Positions 29,597 through 38,755 are shown, counted from the stretch's first letter. The stretch is DNA of 49,836 bases from Bacteroidota bacterium (GCA_947462515.1 CANHPJ010000001.1:1-49836); one strand, 5' to 3'. A program made the numbers and translations. The notes: generated by a model not told the origin, from the letters alone.

Positions 29597-30217
29597 ATGA
29601 AAATCATACTCAAGGATATTGGAAAAAGATTCAATAGGGAGTGGGTTTTCAAGAATATAAACTTAGAGTTTGAAAATTCAGGGGGCGTTGTAATATTGGG
29701 GGGCAATGGCTCAGGTAAATCTACATTTTTAAAAGTATTAGCGGGAAATACCCTTCCCTCGGAAGGTTCTATAAAATACCTTGATGAACAGTCCAGAACT
29801 ATTGCATCAGAGTCAATTTTCAGAAGCTTATCATTTTCAAGTCCATACCTGGAACTTTTCGATGAGTTTTCGTTGAAAGAAACTTTAAATTTCCACTCTA
29901 AATTTAAGCCCTTATTACTTGGCAACACCGAAATAATTGAATTAGCCTATTTGGATAAAGCAACTGAAAAGCCGATTAAACATTTTTCATCGGGAATGAA
30001 ACAAAGAGTTAGATTGGCCTTAGCAGTACTTTCGGATTGCCCTATTCTTTTTCTTGATGAACCTACCTCAAATTTGGATTCAAAAGGCATATCTTGGTAT
30101 AAAGAAATAATTGAGAAATACGCAAAAAACAAGCTTATTTTTGTTGGATCAAACAATCAAGAAAACGAATATTTTTTTTGTAATAAAAGCATAAATATTG
30201 AGGCATATAAAGCATAA
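29597..30217 (+). CDS. Stand-alone ABC-type ATPase (no cognate permease nearby)
   Basis: 206 aa with Walker A (GGNGSGKST), signature FSSGMKQR and Walker B (ILFLDEPTSNLD). Confidence 0.85.
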   Translation: MKIILKDIGKRFNREWVFKNINLEFENSGGVVILGGNGSGKSTFLKVLAGNTLPSEGSIKYLDEQSRTIASESIFRSLSFSSPYLELFDEFSLKETLNFHSKFKPLLLGNTEIIELAYLDKATEKPIKHFSSGMKQRVRLALAVLSDCPILFLDEPTSNLDSKGISWYKEIIEKYAKNKLIFVGSNNQENEYFFCNKSINIEAYKA

Positions 30218-30378
30218 AAATATTTCAAACAATAAGCAGATTTCTAATTAAAACATCAAGAGGATTTTATAAAAAAGCTTTTTAAATTCAAACTATTAAA
30301 AGCTGAATATTTAAACTTTTTTTCCACACAACTGTTTTGTAAAAAGGACAAAGAAGGCTATTTTATTGAAATTACATG

Positions 30379-30408
30379 TTGCAGTTTTAATGAATAACCT
30401 TAACTTTG
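30379..30408 (+). promoter_or_regulatory. Candidate efp promoter: -33 gTTG (30379-30381) and -7 TAACTTTG (30401-30408)
   Basis: An exact TAnnTTTG match with a TTG 19 nt upstream. It lies 34 nt upstream of the efp ATG. Confidence 0.5.
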
Positions 30409-30441
30409 CCCACCAAAAATTAATCAAAAACAAAAACAAAA

Positions 30442-31002
30442 ATGGCTACTACTCAAGACGTAAATGTTGGAACTATTATCAGATACAATAATGAGCTTTG
30501 TCAAATTATTGAATGGCAACATAGGACACCCGGTAATCTTAGAGCTTTTTATCAAGCAAAAATGAGAAATCTTATTTCAGGTAAATTGGCAGAATATCGA
30601 TTCAGATCAGGAGAGAGCATAGTAACTGTTAGGATAGAGTATAAGATGTTGCAATATATTTATGAAGAGGGAGACAGTATAGTTTGTATGGATAACGAAA
30701 CGTTTGAACAACTTTATATTCCTACTGCCTTATTTGGAGAAACCTTTAAATTTTTAAAAGAGGGAATGGAAGTTAAGGTTTCATTTGAGGATGAGACGCC
30801 AATTTTGGCTGAAGGACCAACTTTTGTGGAGCTAATCATAACCTACAGTGAACCTGGAGTGAAGGGAGATACAGCGACTAATACTCTAAAACCGGCAACG
30901 TTGGAGACAGGCGCAATAGTAAATGTTCCATTATTTGTTAACGAGGGTGAAAAAATTAAAATAGATACCAGAACAAGTTCTTACGTTGAACGAGTAAAAT
31001 AA
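30442..31002 (+). CDS. efp: Translation elongation factor P
   Basis: 186 aa, three-domain length, with the beta3-beta4 loop region WQHRTPGNLRAFYQAKMRNL aligning to E. coli FVKPGKGQAFARVKLRRL. Confidence 0.95.
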   Translation: MATTQDVNVGTIIRYNNELCQIIEWQHRTPGNLRAFYQAKMRNLISGKLAEYRFRSGESIVTVRIEYKMLQYIYEEGDSIVCMDNETFEQLYIPTALFGETFKFLKEGMEVKVSFEDETPILAEGPTFVELIITYSEPGVKGDTATNTLKPATLETGAIVNVPLFVNEGEKIKIDTRTSSYVERVK

Positions 31003-31052
31003 ATTAAAGAAGTAATCTTTTACTTTTAAACCTAATTTTGGGTTAGACAATT

Positions 31053-31100
31053 AAAAAAGTTAATAAAACCAAACAGTTTTATTAACTTTTTTCTTTTATG
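31053..31100 (+). terminator. Rho-independent terminator after efp
   Basis: A perfect 17-bp stem pairs aaaaaagttaataaaac (31053-31069) with gttttattaactttttt (31076-31092). The loop is caaaca and T-rich sequence follows. Confidence 0.8.
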
Positions 31101-31144
31101 CAAATTACGACATTAATTCTAAAACATAAGAAATATTGATTCTG

Positions 31145-32374
31145 ATGAGTAAACCAATTAATCATAAGAACAAAAAAAACATAAAAGATTTAAAACTTGA
31201 CATCTTGTTAGAAATAACAAAATCGATAAATAGCAACGCATCTACAGAAACATTGCTTGGGAAATTCAAGGAGTTTATGACTAACGAATTAATGATTTCA
31301 AAACTATTATTATATAGCTATAACAACCGTTGGGAAATAATTTTAAATTTTGGAATGGACGAAGAAAAGACGGATAAAGAAATAAACATAGAAACAGATT
31401 TAAAGCCCGTTAAAGAAATCACAACACTTCGGAATTCAACAAATGAGCACTTTAATAATTTTGAGGTAATAATTCCGGTATTCCACAAAACAGAGCCTCT
31501 CTCCTATCTTCTAATAGGAAAAAGTAAAAAAAGCGCAAATTTAAAAACCAGTGTTTCAAGGCATCTTCCATTTATTCAAACATTAACCAACATAATTATT
31601 GTAGCAATTGAAAACAAAAAACTTGCCAGACAAAGATTTATACAAGAAGTAACAAAAAAAGAATTAGCACTTGCCTCTCAAATGCAGGCGATGCTATTTC
31701 CAGATGATTTACCCAATAACGAAAAACTAGAAATTTCCGCTATATATAAACCATTACATGAGGTCGGCGGGGATTATTATGATTTTATCCGTATAAATGA
31801 ATATGAAGTATTTATTTGTATGGCTGATGTATCAGGCAAGGGGGTTTCAGCAGCCCTATTAATGTCGAATTTTCAGGCAAATCTGCATGCATTGACAGGA
31901 AGCAAAACATCCTTAATTGATACCATAAAAGTGCTTAATAAAAAGGTTAATTTAAGTGCAAAAGGAGAAAAATTCATCACCTTATTCATCGCTAAATACA
32001 ATCAAAAAACAAAACTTTTAAGTTATATAAATGCAGGTCATAATCCACCATTATTAATGAGTGGAGATAAGGTAAACATATTAAAAACAGGATGCGCAGG
32101 TCTCGGAATGTTTGAAGAAATAGGAACCATTCTTCAGGGAGAGGTCACTGTAAGCCCAAATTCAATATTACTCTGTTATACTGATGGGATAACAGAGATA
32201 GAAAATGAAAAAGAACAAGAATATGGTTTATCGCGTTTAAAAAAGGTATTAAAAATTAACAGGCAAGAAAAAATGGAAAAACTTAATTCAGAAATTATGA
32301 AAGGAATAGAACAATTCAAAGGCTTGAAACCATTTGTTGATGATATAGCTTTATTAAGCTGCAGGTTAAATTAA
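31145..32374 (+). CDS. PP2C-type (SpoIIE/RsbU family) serine/threonine phosphatase with an N-terminal non-catalytic (GAF-like?) domain
   Basis: The ORF track starts at TTG 31136. The ATG at 31145 gives 409 aa. The C-terminal half has PP2C metal-ligand motifs (HEVGGDYYDF, MADVSGKGVSAALLMS, YTDGITE, DDIALLSCRL). No TM segment is evident. Confidence 0.85.
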   Translation: MSKPINHKNKKNIKDLKLDILLEITKSINSNASTETLLGKFKEFMTNELMISKLLLYSYNNRWEIILNFGMDEEKTDKEINIETDLKPVKEITTLRNSTNEHFNNFEVIIPVFHKTEPLSYLLIGKSKKSANLKTSVSRHLPFIQTLTNIIIVAIENKKLARQRFIQEVTKKELALASQMQAMLFPDDLPNNEKLEISAIYKPLHEVGGDYYDFIRINEYEVFICMADVSGKGVSAALLMSNFQANLHALTGSKTSLIDTIKVLNKKVNLSAKGEKFITLFIAKYNQKTKLLSYINAGHNPPLLMSGDKVNILKTGCAGLGMFEEIGTILQGEVTVSPNSILLCYTDGITEIENEKEQEYGLSRLKKVLKINRQEKMEKLNSEIMKGIEQFKGLKPFVDDIALLSCRLN

Positions 32375-32452
32375 TTTTTTTTATCAAAAGAGCTATAAAA
32401 ACAAATTTTACCTTGAACAAAACATAGTTAAAACAACAATAAATTGCTCGAT

Positions 32453-33880
32453 TTATTCTTGAACCGCGAGTTCCTTTTTATGATAAATATCCATTGCTGT
32501 TATAATGGCAACAAAAGCCCAAAATGGCACAGCAGCCTTATCAGTATCCAAAAAATTATTAATAAATCCATGAACAACATAGGTTGTAAATCCAAGCAAA
32601 ACAGCCAAAATAAGTTTTTTATTATCCTTATCAGAGATAGAATAATACAACAGTGACCCTCGATAGTACACAAAAAATATAATAACAATATAGGCTAGCG
32701 TACCAAAAACACCTTGTTCGGCAAGCGGTCCAATATATTCACTATGAGCATTTCCAAGCGTTCCTGCATTTGTACTGATAATCGTTTTTTCGGTAGAATG
32801 CTGGTACGGGGCATATAAAAACATATACGTACCAGGACCAAAACCTACGAAGGGTCTTTCGTAAAACATTCTAAAAGCAGACTGCCATCTATTGATACGC
32901 TCTAAATTAGAAGCATCAGAATTGATATTGGAAATAGACTGAATATGCTCCGCCATATTATTTGAAGAGTCTTGGCGATTTCTTTCAAGTTTCATTAGAA
33001 TATCACTTTTAAAAGCTAAAATTAATGTTAGGAATATGGCCCCAAAAATAAAAAGGAATTTAAAATTTATTTTAAAATAGTAGATTAAAAATACGCCAAG
33101 AGCAACTACAAGACTTAACCAGGCAGCTCTTGTATAGGAAAGAACTATACCAGCAATAAGTATAATCGTGGCTAATAAAACCAAAAACTTTATTGTGTTG
33201 GAGTATTTTTTTTTATAAAGGACGATTATTAATGGGAACATCATTGCAAGTAGGGCGCCATATGAAGTATGATCATTAAAAAACGGATCCATAACCCAAT
33301 GGGCTGACTCATGGTTAAAACCATATGCAGCATGATTGACGATAGTATAAAGAACAACTGCACAAAGTGGAATCAGAAAAAACACCAAAAAACGTTTAAT
33401 ATTGGCATATTTTTTAAAGAAGAGGACTCCAAAAAAATAGAACGGAACAATAAACCAAAGGCGAGCAATTATGAACTTTATAGAAACGACAGGCAACTGG
33501 CTTGTTATACTTGTAAGAACATTCCAAAAAATACTAAAGATTATTGCTAGGGAGATGGGATGTTTAATAATTGCAAAATCATACTTACGCTCATAAATTA
33601 TTTTCAAAAAAAACAAAAACAAAACACCTGCTAACAGAGGTTCTGTTGGCAAGGATAAAGCAAGCCCAAAATCCGTATCGCCCAAATTTATGGAAAGGGG
33701 GGTAAAAAAAGCAATTATTAACAGCACCTTGTCTAATTGAAAAAAGGTTAGTCCAATAAGCAAGACTGCAATTGGAAGGAGCGTTAACCAATAAAATTGA
33801 TACGTTATAAGCAAGGCATTAATTACAATGAAGCAAATACTGAATATGTAAATAATTTTATTGCTAATTGTTGGACGCAA
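32453..33880 (-). CDS. O-antigen ligase/polymerase family membrane protein (Wzy_C domain)
   Basis: 475 aa and polytopic (about 10-12 TM segments), with the SYTRAAWLSL motif and a large loop typical of Wzy/WaaL-type proteins. The first ~190 codons contain no ATG, so the start is TTG at 33880. Confidence 0.8.
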   Translation of the reverse strand: MRPTISNKIIYIFSICFIVINALLITYQFYWLTLLPIAVLLIGLTFFQLDKVLLIIAFFTPLSINLGDTDFGLALSLPTEPLLAGVLFLFFLKIIYERKYDFAIIKHPISLAIIFSIFWNVLTSITSQLPVVSIKFIIARLWFIVPFYFFGVLFFKKYANIKRFLVFFLIPLCAVVLYTIVNHAAYGFNHESAHWVMDPFFNDHTSYGALLAMMFPLIIVLYKKKYSNTIKFLVLLATIILIAGIVLSYTRAAWLSLVVALGVFLIYYFKINFKFLFIFGAIFLTLILAFKSDILMKLERNRQDSSNNMAEHIQSISNINSDASNLERINRWQSAFRMFYERPFVGFGPGTYMFLYAPYQHSTEKTIISTNAGTLGNAHSEYIGPLAEQGVFGTLAYIVIIFFVYYRGSLLYYSISDKDNKKLILAVLLGFTTYVVHGFINNFLDTDKAAVPFWAFVAIITAMDIYHKKELAVQE

Positions 33881-33896
33881 GATGCAGTATGATTAA

Positions 33897-34949
33897 TTAT
33901 TGTTTAAGATCAATTTCAAGCTTAATATTCTTAAAACTCTCATAACCAATTATTAGAACAATTGAAAAAAGAAGAGCAGAAATACTAGAAACAAGAACAA
34001 TTAGCCACCTTACCGGATAGGATTTTTTTTCTGCAGGATAGGCATTATTTAGAAGGAATTTATGGGTAATATTTTCCTGTGCATCTACTTTAGCTTCTTC
34101 ATATTTTACTTTTAACAATCTGAATTGTTCCCTATCCAATTCCAGGATTTCGGATAAAGAGACGTATGCGCCACCATATTTGGAAATATTTTCTAGCTTT
34201 TCTTCCAATGCTTTAATTCCAGCCTTATCGCCTTTTTGAAGCGCTATTGCATATTGAGCATTAAACACCTCTGCTTGAGACTCATAGTCATTTACACCCT
34301 TCTCTCTAATTTTAGTGAGCGAATCTTCCATTAATTGAATTTCCTGATTCATTTTAAGATATTCACTTTCTACTATTTTAAAACCCTGCATTGCTCGTTC
34401 TCGTTGCATTCTATTTTTAACAGTATCTAGAAGTGCTCCAATATCATTGGCAATGTTTGCGGCAATTTGAGGATCAGCATCAAGAACGTCAACCTTAACT
34501 GACATAAATTCAGTTCGCCTAAAACTTATGTTACTTTCATATTCTTTGAATAATTTGGTGTATTTAAAAGGGTCGTTGGGATCAATATTATAATGAGAGA
34601 TTAAATCGAATTTTTGAACCACTTTAGACCTTATTTCATCAGAATTTAAAATTTGGAGCATCTGTTCGGCTTGTTCTTCTTCTCCAAACTCAGTAATATC
34701 ATATTTACCCTGCACATTGGTAGTTGCAAGCAAAGCTTTTGATATGGATCCAGTTGTTGTAGGAAACATTATCAAAGTTGATTTGAATTTAGGAGTAATA
34801 AACAAGGGAGAGGATGCGATGCCCGAAATTATAGTTGCCAGAATCGTAATAATCAGAATAGGCTTTCTCTTAATGTATAAAAATCCAATTAAATTGGTAG
34901 AATCAAAATCGGATTTTTTTTTAGTGCTTTCCATGTTCAAATTTTCCAT
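33897..34949 (-). CDS. wzz: Polysaccharide co-polymerase / chain-length determinant (Wzz-like, no kinase domain)
   Basis: 350 aa. It has TM1 near the N-terminus, a long coiled-coil-rich periplasmic region, and a proline motif (AYPAEKKSYPVRW) just before the C-terminal TM2. Confidence 0.8.
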   Translation of the reverse strand: MENLNMESTKKKSDFDSTNLIGFLYIKRKPILIITILATIISGIASSPLFITPKFKSTLIMFPTTTGSISKALLATTNVQGKYDITEFGEEEQAEQMLQILNSDEIRSKVVQKFDLISHYNIDPNDPFKYTKLFKEYESNISFRRTEFMSVKVDVLDADPQIAANIANDIGALLDTVKNRMQRERAMQGFKIVESEYLKMNQEIQLMEDSLTKIREKGVNDYESQAEVFNAQYAIALQKGDKAGIKALEEKLENISKYGGAYVSLSEILELDREQFRLLKVKYEEAKVDAQENITHKFLLNNAYPAEKKSYPVRWLIVLVSSISALLFSIVLIIGYESFKNIKLEIDLKQ

Positions 34950-35010
34950 TAATTAGATCAAAAAGTTTAAAATCGATTTATAAGTTATTTATTATGTAAA
35001 TAGGCTTTGA

Positions 35011-35030
35011 GAATAATTCGGCAATTATTC
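35011..35030 (-). other. Intercistronic hairpin between wzx and wzz
   Basis: gaataatt-cggc-aattattc forms a perfect 8-bp stem with a 4-nt loop. It lies 32 nt downstream of the wzx stop on the transcribed strand and has no U-tract. Confidence 0.35.
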
Positions 35031-35061
35031 ATAAAAAATTGATAATGAAAAACTTAGAACA

Positions 35062-36507
35062 TCACTCATCGGATTTAACAATCATATAAATGGACTTAAT
35101 ACTTATAAGACGAGTCACGAATGCCCAAATGAATGCAGCTATTGTCATTAGAACAAAATTAATCATCCAGCTACTACTGATATATTTGGAGAAAACTGCA
35201 ATTAAAAAAACACCTAATGTAAAAACAGCAAATTTTATGACAAAAGCATAGTCAGTTTTCATTTTAAATACTTTAACCGCAATAAATACCTGAAACAATG
35301 CTGTTAAAACTTGAGTAATCAGACTCGATATGGCTGCACCAGTTGCCTGGTATTTGGGAATTAAAATTATATTTAATGTAAGATTTATCACCATGCCAAT
35401 AAGAGCCATAAAATTAAGATATTTTAAGTTTCCATTAGCAGTTAAAAGAGTACCAAAAATATAGGTAGTTGAGACTGCAACAAAGCAAGACATTAATATA
35501 CCAAAAACAACGGCTGAATTCTCAATATTTTTGACATACATCAAATTCATTAAATCTCCGCTGTAGAAATACGAACCTATTGCGACAATTAAGGCGGGGG
35601 CTAGCAATAAAGAAGCAGAAAGCTTTACCATGTCCTCAACCCGTTGTTTAAGTTTTATCATACGGGCAAATATGGGTAATAAGAGACCTGCGAATAAATA
35701 AGCAATCATATTTGCCGAATCTAAAAGACGGTAGGCCTGAGCATAAATACCAGACTGTATAGCACCATCCGGGAGCATACGTTCAAGCATAACAGTATCA
35801 ATTCTATTATAAAAAGTCATTAACAACACTAGGATCGCATAGGGAAAACTTTGTTTTAAAATCATTTGAAAGAAAGAATAATTCCATCGTAGCTTCAAAA
35901 ACTCGGCTTTTGCAATGACAAGGAAAAAAGTAATGAGGGCAGTAATAAAATAACCCGCAAACTGCGCATAAACAAACCACTCGATTTTAAATTCTCCATC
36001 GGTAACATTTCCCCAGAGAAGCACTATACAAATGGCAATCATAATTGTGCGATCCATTACTGAAACTAGGCTATCGGTTTTAAAAAGGTGCAGCCCTGCA
36101 AGATTAGATCTCAAATACAAAATAAAAGAAACTAAAAACTGATTAAATGCCAGAAGAAATAGCATCCAGAGTTGTTTTGAGGAGTATCCGATAGCGAAAC
36201 CAATAGATAAGGCAACTACCATATATATCCCCGCAAGCATAAATTTAAGTATTAAAATACTTGAAAGATGCTTGGTTAATAGTTGATTATTCTGGGCTAT
36301 ATTTTTATTATTGAAATTAGTAATTCCAAAATCAAGGAAAATATTAAACAGAAAAGAAAAATTAAACAAAGCAAAATAAACCCCATAGTCAGCGGAATTA
36401 CTTATTACATTTTGAACCTCCCTATCAATTCCCAGCATCCATATTGGCTTAATCATCAAATTAAGCAAAAGCAGCAAAGCAAGATTTGTAATGAATTTTT
36501 TCTGCAT
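35062..36507 (-). CDS. wzx: Oligosaccharide/polysaccharide flippase (Wzx, MOP superfamily)
   Basis: 481 aa with about 12-14 TM segments and the N-terminus MQKKFITNLALLLLLNLMIKPIW typical of Bacteroidota flippases. Confidence 0.82.
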   Translation of the reverse strand: MQKKFITNLALLLLLNLMIKPIWMLGIDREVQNVISNSADYGVYFALFNFSFLFNIFLDFGITNFNNKNIAQNNQLLTKHLSSILILKFMLAGIYMVVALSIGFAIGYSSKQLWMLFLLAFNQFLVSFILYLRSNLAGLHLFKTDSLVSVMDRTIMIAICIVLLWGNVTDGEFKIEWFVYAQFAGYFITALITFFLVIAKAEFLKLRWNYSFFQMILKQSFPYAILVLLMTFYNRIDTVMLERMLPDGAIQSGIYAQAYRLLDSANMIAYLFAGLLLPIFARMIKLKQRVEDMVKLSASLLLAPALIVAIGSYFYSGDLMNLMYVKNIENSAVVFGILMSCFVAVSTTYIFGTLLTANGNLKYLNFMALIGMVINLTLNIILIPKYQATGAAISSLITQVLTALFQVFIAVKVFKMKTDYAFVIKFAVFTLGVFLIAVFSKYISSSWMINFVLMTIAAFIWAFVTRLISIKSIYMIVKSDE

Positions 36508-36606
36508 TAAAAAATAGAAATTAAAAACACCGTTAAATAATTAAAACACAAAACCGTTCAATAAAAAAGAGCATTATCAATAAAAACAATTTATAATTTT
36601 GAGTCA

Positions 36607-36614
36607 CAAAAATA
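36607..36614 (-). promoter_or_regulatory. Candidate -7 box (TATTTTTG on the minus strand) for wzx-wzz-wzy
   Basis: The plus strand reads caaaaata, an exact TAnnTTTG on the minus strand, 100 nt upstream of the wzx ATG. Confidence 0.3.
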
Positions 36615-36645
36615 TATAAATTAAACTCAGTATAAAATTTTAAAA

Positions 36646-36653
36646 TAAATTTG
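36646..36653 (+). promoter_or_regulatory. Candidate -7 box (TAAATTTG) for rnhB
   Basis: An exact TAnnTTTG match 17 nt upstream of the TTG start at 36670, which would give a very short leader. Confidence 0.35.
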
Positions 36654-36669
36654 CAAAAAAGATTAGAAG

Positions 36670-37278
36670 TTGTTGTTATTAAACTACCAATTAGGAATTT
36701 CTGAGGCAGGATGCGATGAAGCTGGCCGTGGTTGTCTAGCCGGGCCCGTATATGCGGCTGCGGTAATACTTCCTCCGAACTTTAGTCATGAATTATTAAA
36801 CGACTCGAAGCAAGTAAGTGAGGCCAATAGAAATACCTTGAGAAAAATAATTGAGGAGCAGGCAATTGATTGGGGTGTTGGTATTGTTTCGAATGAAGAA
36901 ATAGATGAAATAAACATACTAAATGCATCTTTTTTGGCAATGCACAGGGCAATAGATAAGCTAAAAAAGAAACCAAAACACCTGTTGATTGACGGAAACA
37001 GATTTAATCCGTATAAAAAAATAAAACATAAATGTATAATTGGAGGTGATGCTCTTTACCTTTCAATTGCAGCAGCATCCATTTTAGCGAAAACGCATCG
37101 CGATGAATACATGCAAAAACTTCACATAGTCCACCCAGAATACGGCTGGTTCAATAACAAGGGCTACCCTACCATTAAACATCGTCAGGCTATTCTTACA
37201 TATGGTATAACTGAGCACCATAGAAAATCCTTTCAATTATTTGATAAACAGCACAATCTGAACTTTGAACAAGAATGA
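36670..37278 (+). CDS. rnhB: Ribonuclease HII
   Basis: 202 aa with [18 protein letters not shown] and ASILAK motifs. No ATG precedes the catalytic DEAGRG, so the start is TTG at 36670 or 36673. Confidence 0.93.
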   Translation: MLLLNYQLGISEAGCDEAGRGCLAGPVYAAAVILPPNFSHELLNDSKQVSEANRNTLRKIIEEQAIDWGVGIVSNEEIDEINILNASFLAMHRAIDKLKKKPKHLLIDGNRFNPYKKIKHKCIIGGDALYLSIAAASILAKTHRDEYMQKLHIVHPEYGWFNNKGYPTIKHRQAILTYGITEHHRKSFQLFDKQHNLNFEQE

Positions 37279-37408
37279 CTCGGATTAAATAAAAGTTGTG
37301 TTATAACATTAAAACGTCGGTAGTTTTTATAGTATATTTATAACAAACACTAATTAAATTTAAATCAGACCTAGATTTTTTTTACCAAAAGAACAATTCA
37401 TCAAATAA

Positions 37409-38680
37409 ATGAAACCATTAGCGGAGAGAATGCGACCAACAAGTTTAGATACTTATGTGGGTCAAAAACATTTAATTGGGGAAGGAGCAGTTTTAAGAAT
37501 GATGGTAGAAAAAAAGATGATTCCATCTATGATCTTATGGGGGCCTCCCGGGGTGGGTAAAACAACGTTAGCCAATATAATAGCTAATGAAGCAAAACGT
37601 CCATTTTATTCATTAAGCGCAATAAATAGCGGAGTTAAAGAAGTGCGAGACGTAATTGAAAAAGCGGAAAAAAATAGTTTTTTTGGAGCCAATAATCCAA
37701 TTTTATTTATAGATGAAATACACAGATTCAGCAAATCGCAGCAAGATTCACTTTTAGGTGCTGTTGAAAAAGGGACAATTACTCTTATTGGAGCAAGTAC
37801 AGAAAACCCTTCATTCGAAGTTATATCAGCTTTGCTCTCAAGATGTCAAGTTTATATATTGAATTCCTTAACAGAAGATGAGTTGGTGGGATTAGTAAAT
37901 TATGCTTTAGTAAAAGATGAATACATCGCTTCAAAAAAAATCGAGATAACCGAATACGAAGCACTTGTAAAACTTTCAGGGGGCGACGCAAGAAAACTTC
38001 TGAACATCCTTGAATTAGTCATAGGAACTCTCTCCTCAGGTGAAAAAAAAATAACTAATGAGATCGTATTGTCAAAAATCAACAAAACAATTCCATTGTA
38101 TGATAAAGCCGGCGATCAGCATTACGACATTGTATCAGCATATATAAAATCAATAAGGGGGAGTGATCCAAATGCGGGAGTATATTGGCTTGCAAGAATG
38201 ATTGAAGGCGGAGAGGATCCACTTTTCATTGCAAGAAGACTGTTGATACTAGCCTCAGAGGACATCGGGAATGCCAATCCAACGGCATTAGTAATTGCAA
38301 ACAATTGTTTTCAAGCAGTTAATTCAATTGGATGGCCCGAATCAAGAATTATACTTGCACAAGCTACCACCTACCTTGCATCTTCACCAAAAAGCAACGC
38401 TTCATACACATCGATCAATGATGCTCAAGAGTTAGTCAGAAAAACAGGTAATCTTCCCATACCAATTCATTTAAGAAATTCACCCAGCAAATTGATGAAA
38501 GACCTTGACTATGGAAAGGACTATGAGTACAGTCACTCCTACCCAAACAATTTTTCTGATCAAGAATATCTACCAAAAGAAATTTCAGGAAAAAAACTAT
38601 ATAACCCAGGAGAAAACGCAAGAGAAAGAGAAATAAGAAGCTATTTAAAAGGGCTTTGGAACGAAAAATATGGTTATTAA
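37409..38680 (+). CDS. rarA: Replication-associated recombination protein A (AAA+ ATPase MgsA/RarA)
   Basis: 423 aa with PLAERMRPTSLDTYVGQKHL, Walker A (GPPGVGKTT), Walker B (FIDEIHRF) and the MgsA C-terminal domain (HYD..SA..KS.RGSD). Confidence 0.95.
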   Translation: MKPLAERMRPTSLDTYVGQKHLIGEGAVLRMMVEKKMIPSMILWGPPGVGKTTLANIIANEAKRPFYSLSAINSGVKEVRDVIEKAEKNSFFGANNPILFIDEIHRFSKSQQDSLLGAVEKGTITLIGASTENPSFEVISALLSRCQVYILNSLTEDELVGLVNYALVKDEYIASKKIEITEYEALVKLSGGDARKLLNILELVIGTLSSGEKKITNEIVLSKINKTIPLYDKAGDQHYDIVSAYIKSIRGSDPNAGVYWLARMIEGGEDPLFIARRLLILASEDIGNANPTALVIANNCFQAVNSIGWPESRIILAQATTYLASSPKSNASYTSINDAQELVRKTGNLPIPIHLRNSPSKLMKDLDYGKDYEYSHSYPNNFSDQEYLPKEISGKKLYNPGENAREREIRSYLKGLWNEKYGY

Positions 38681-38755
38681 TAATAAATGAAATGCCTAAA
38701 AAACTTCATTTTGTATATATTTTTGGATAAAACCTTTAAAAAATAAGTTGACATT

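Noticed and set aside
30272-30283. The 12-nt palindrome AAAAAGCTTTTT downstream of the orphan ABC ATPase, as a possible terminator.
   Set aside because: It would leave no loop and would form an almost pure A-T stem of at most 4 bp after allowing a loop. This is not a credible hairpin, and a homopolymer-flanked HindIII-like site is expected by chance in this composition.
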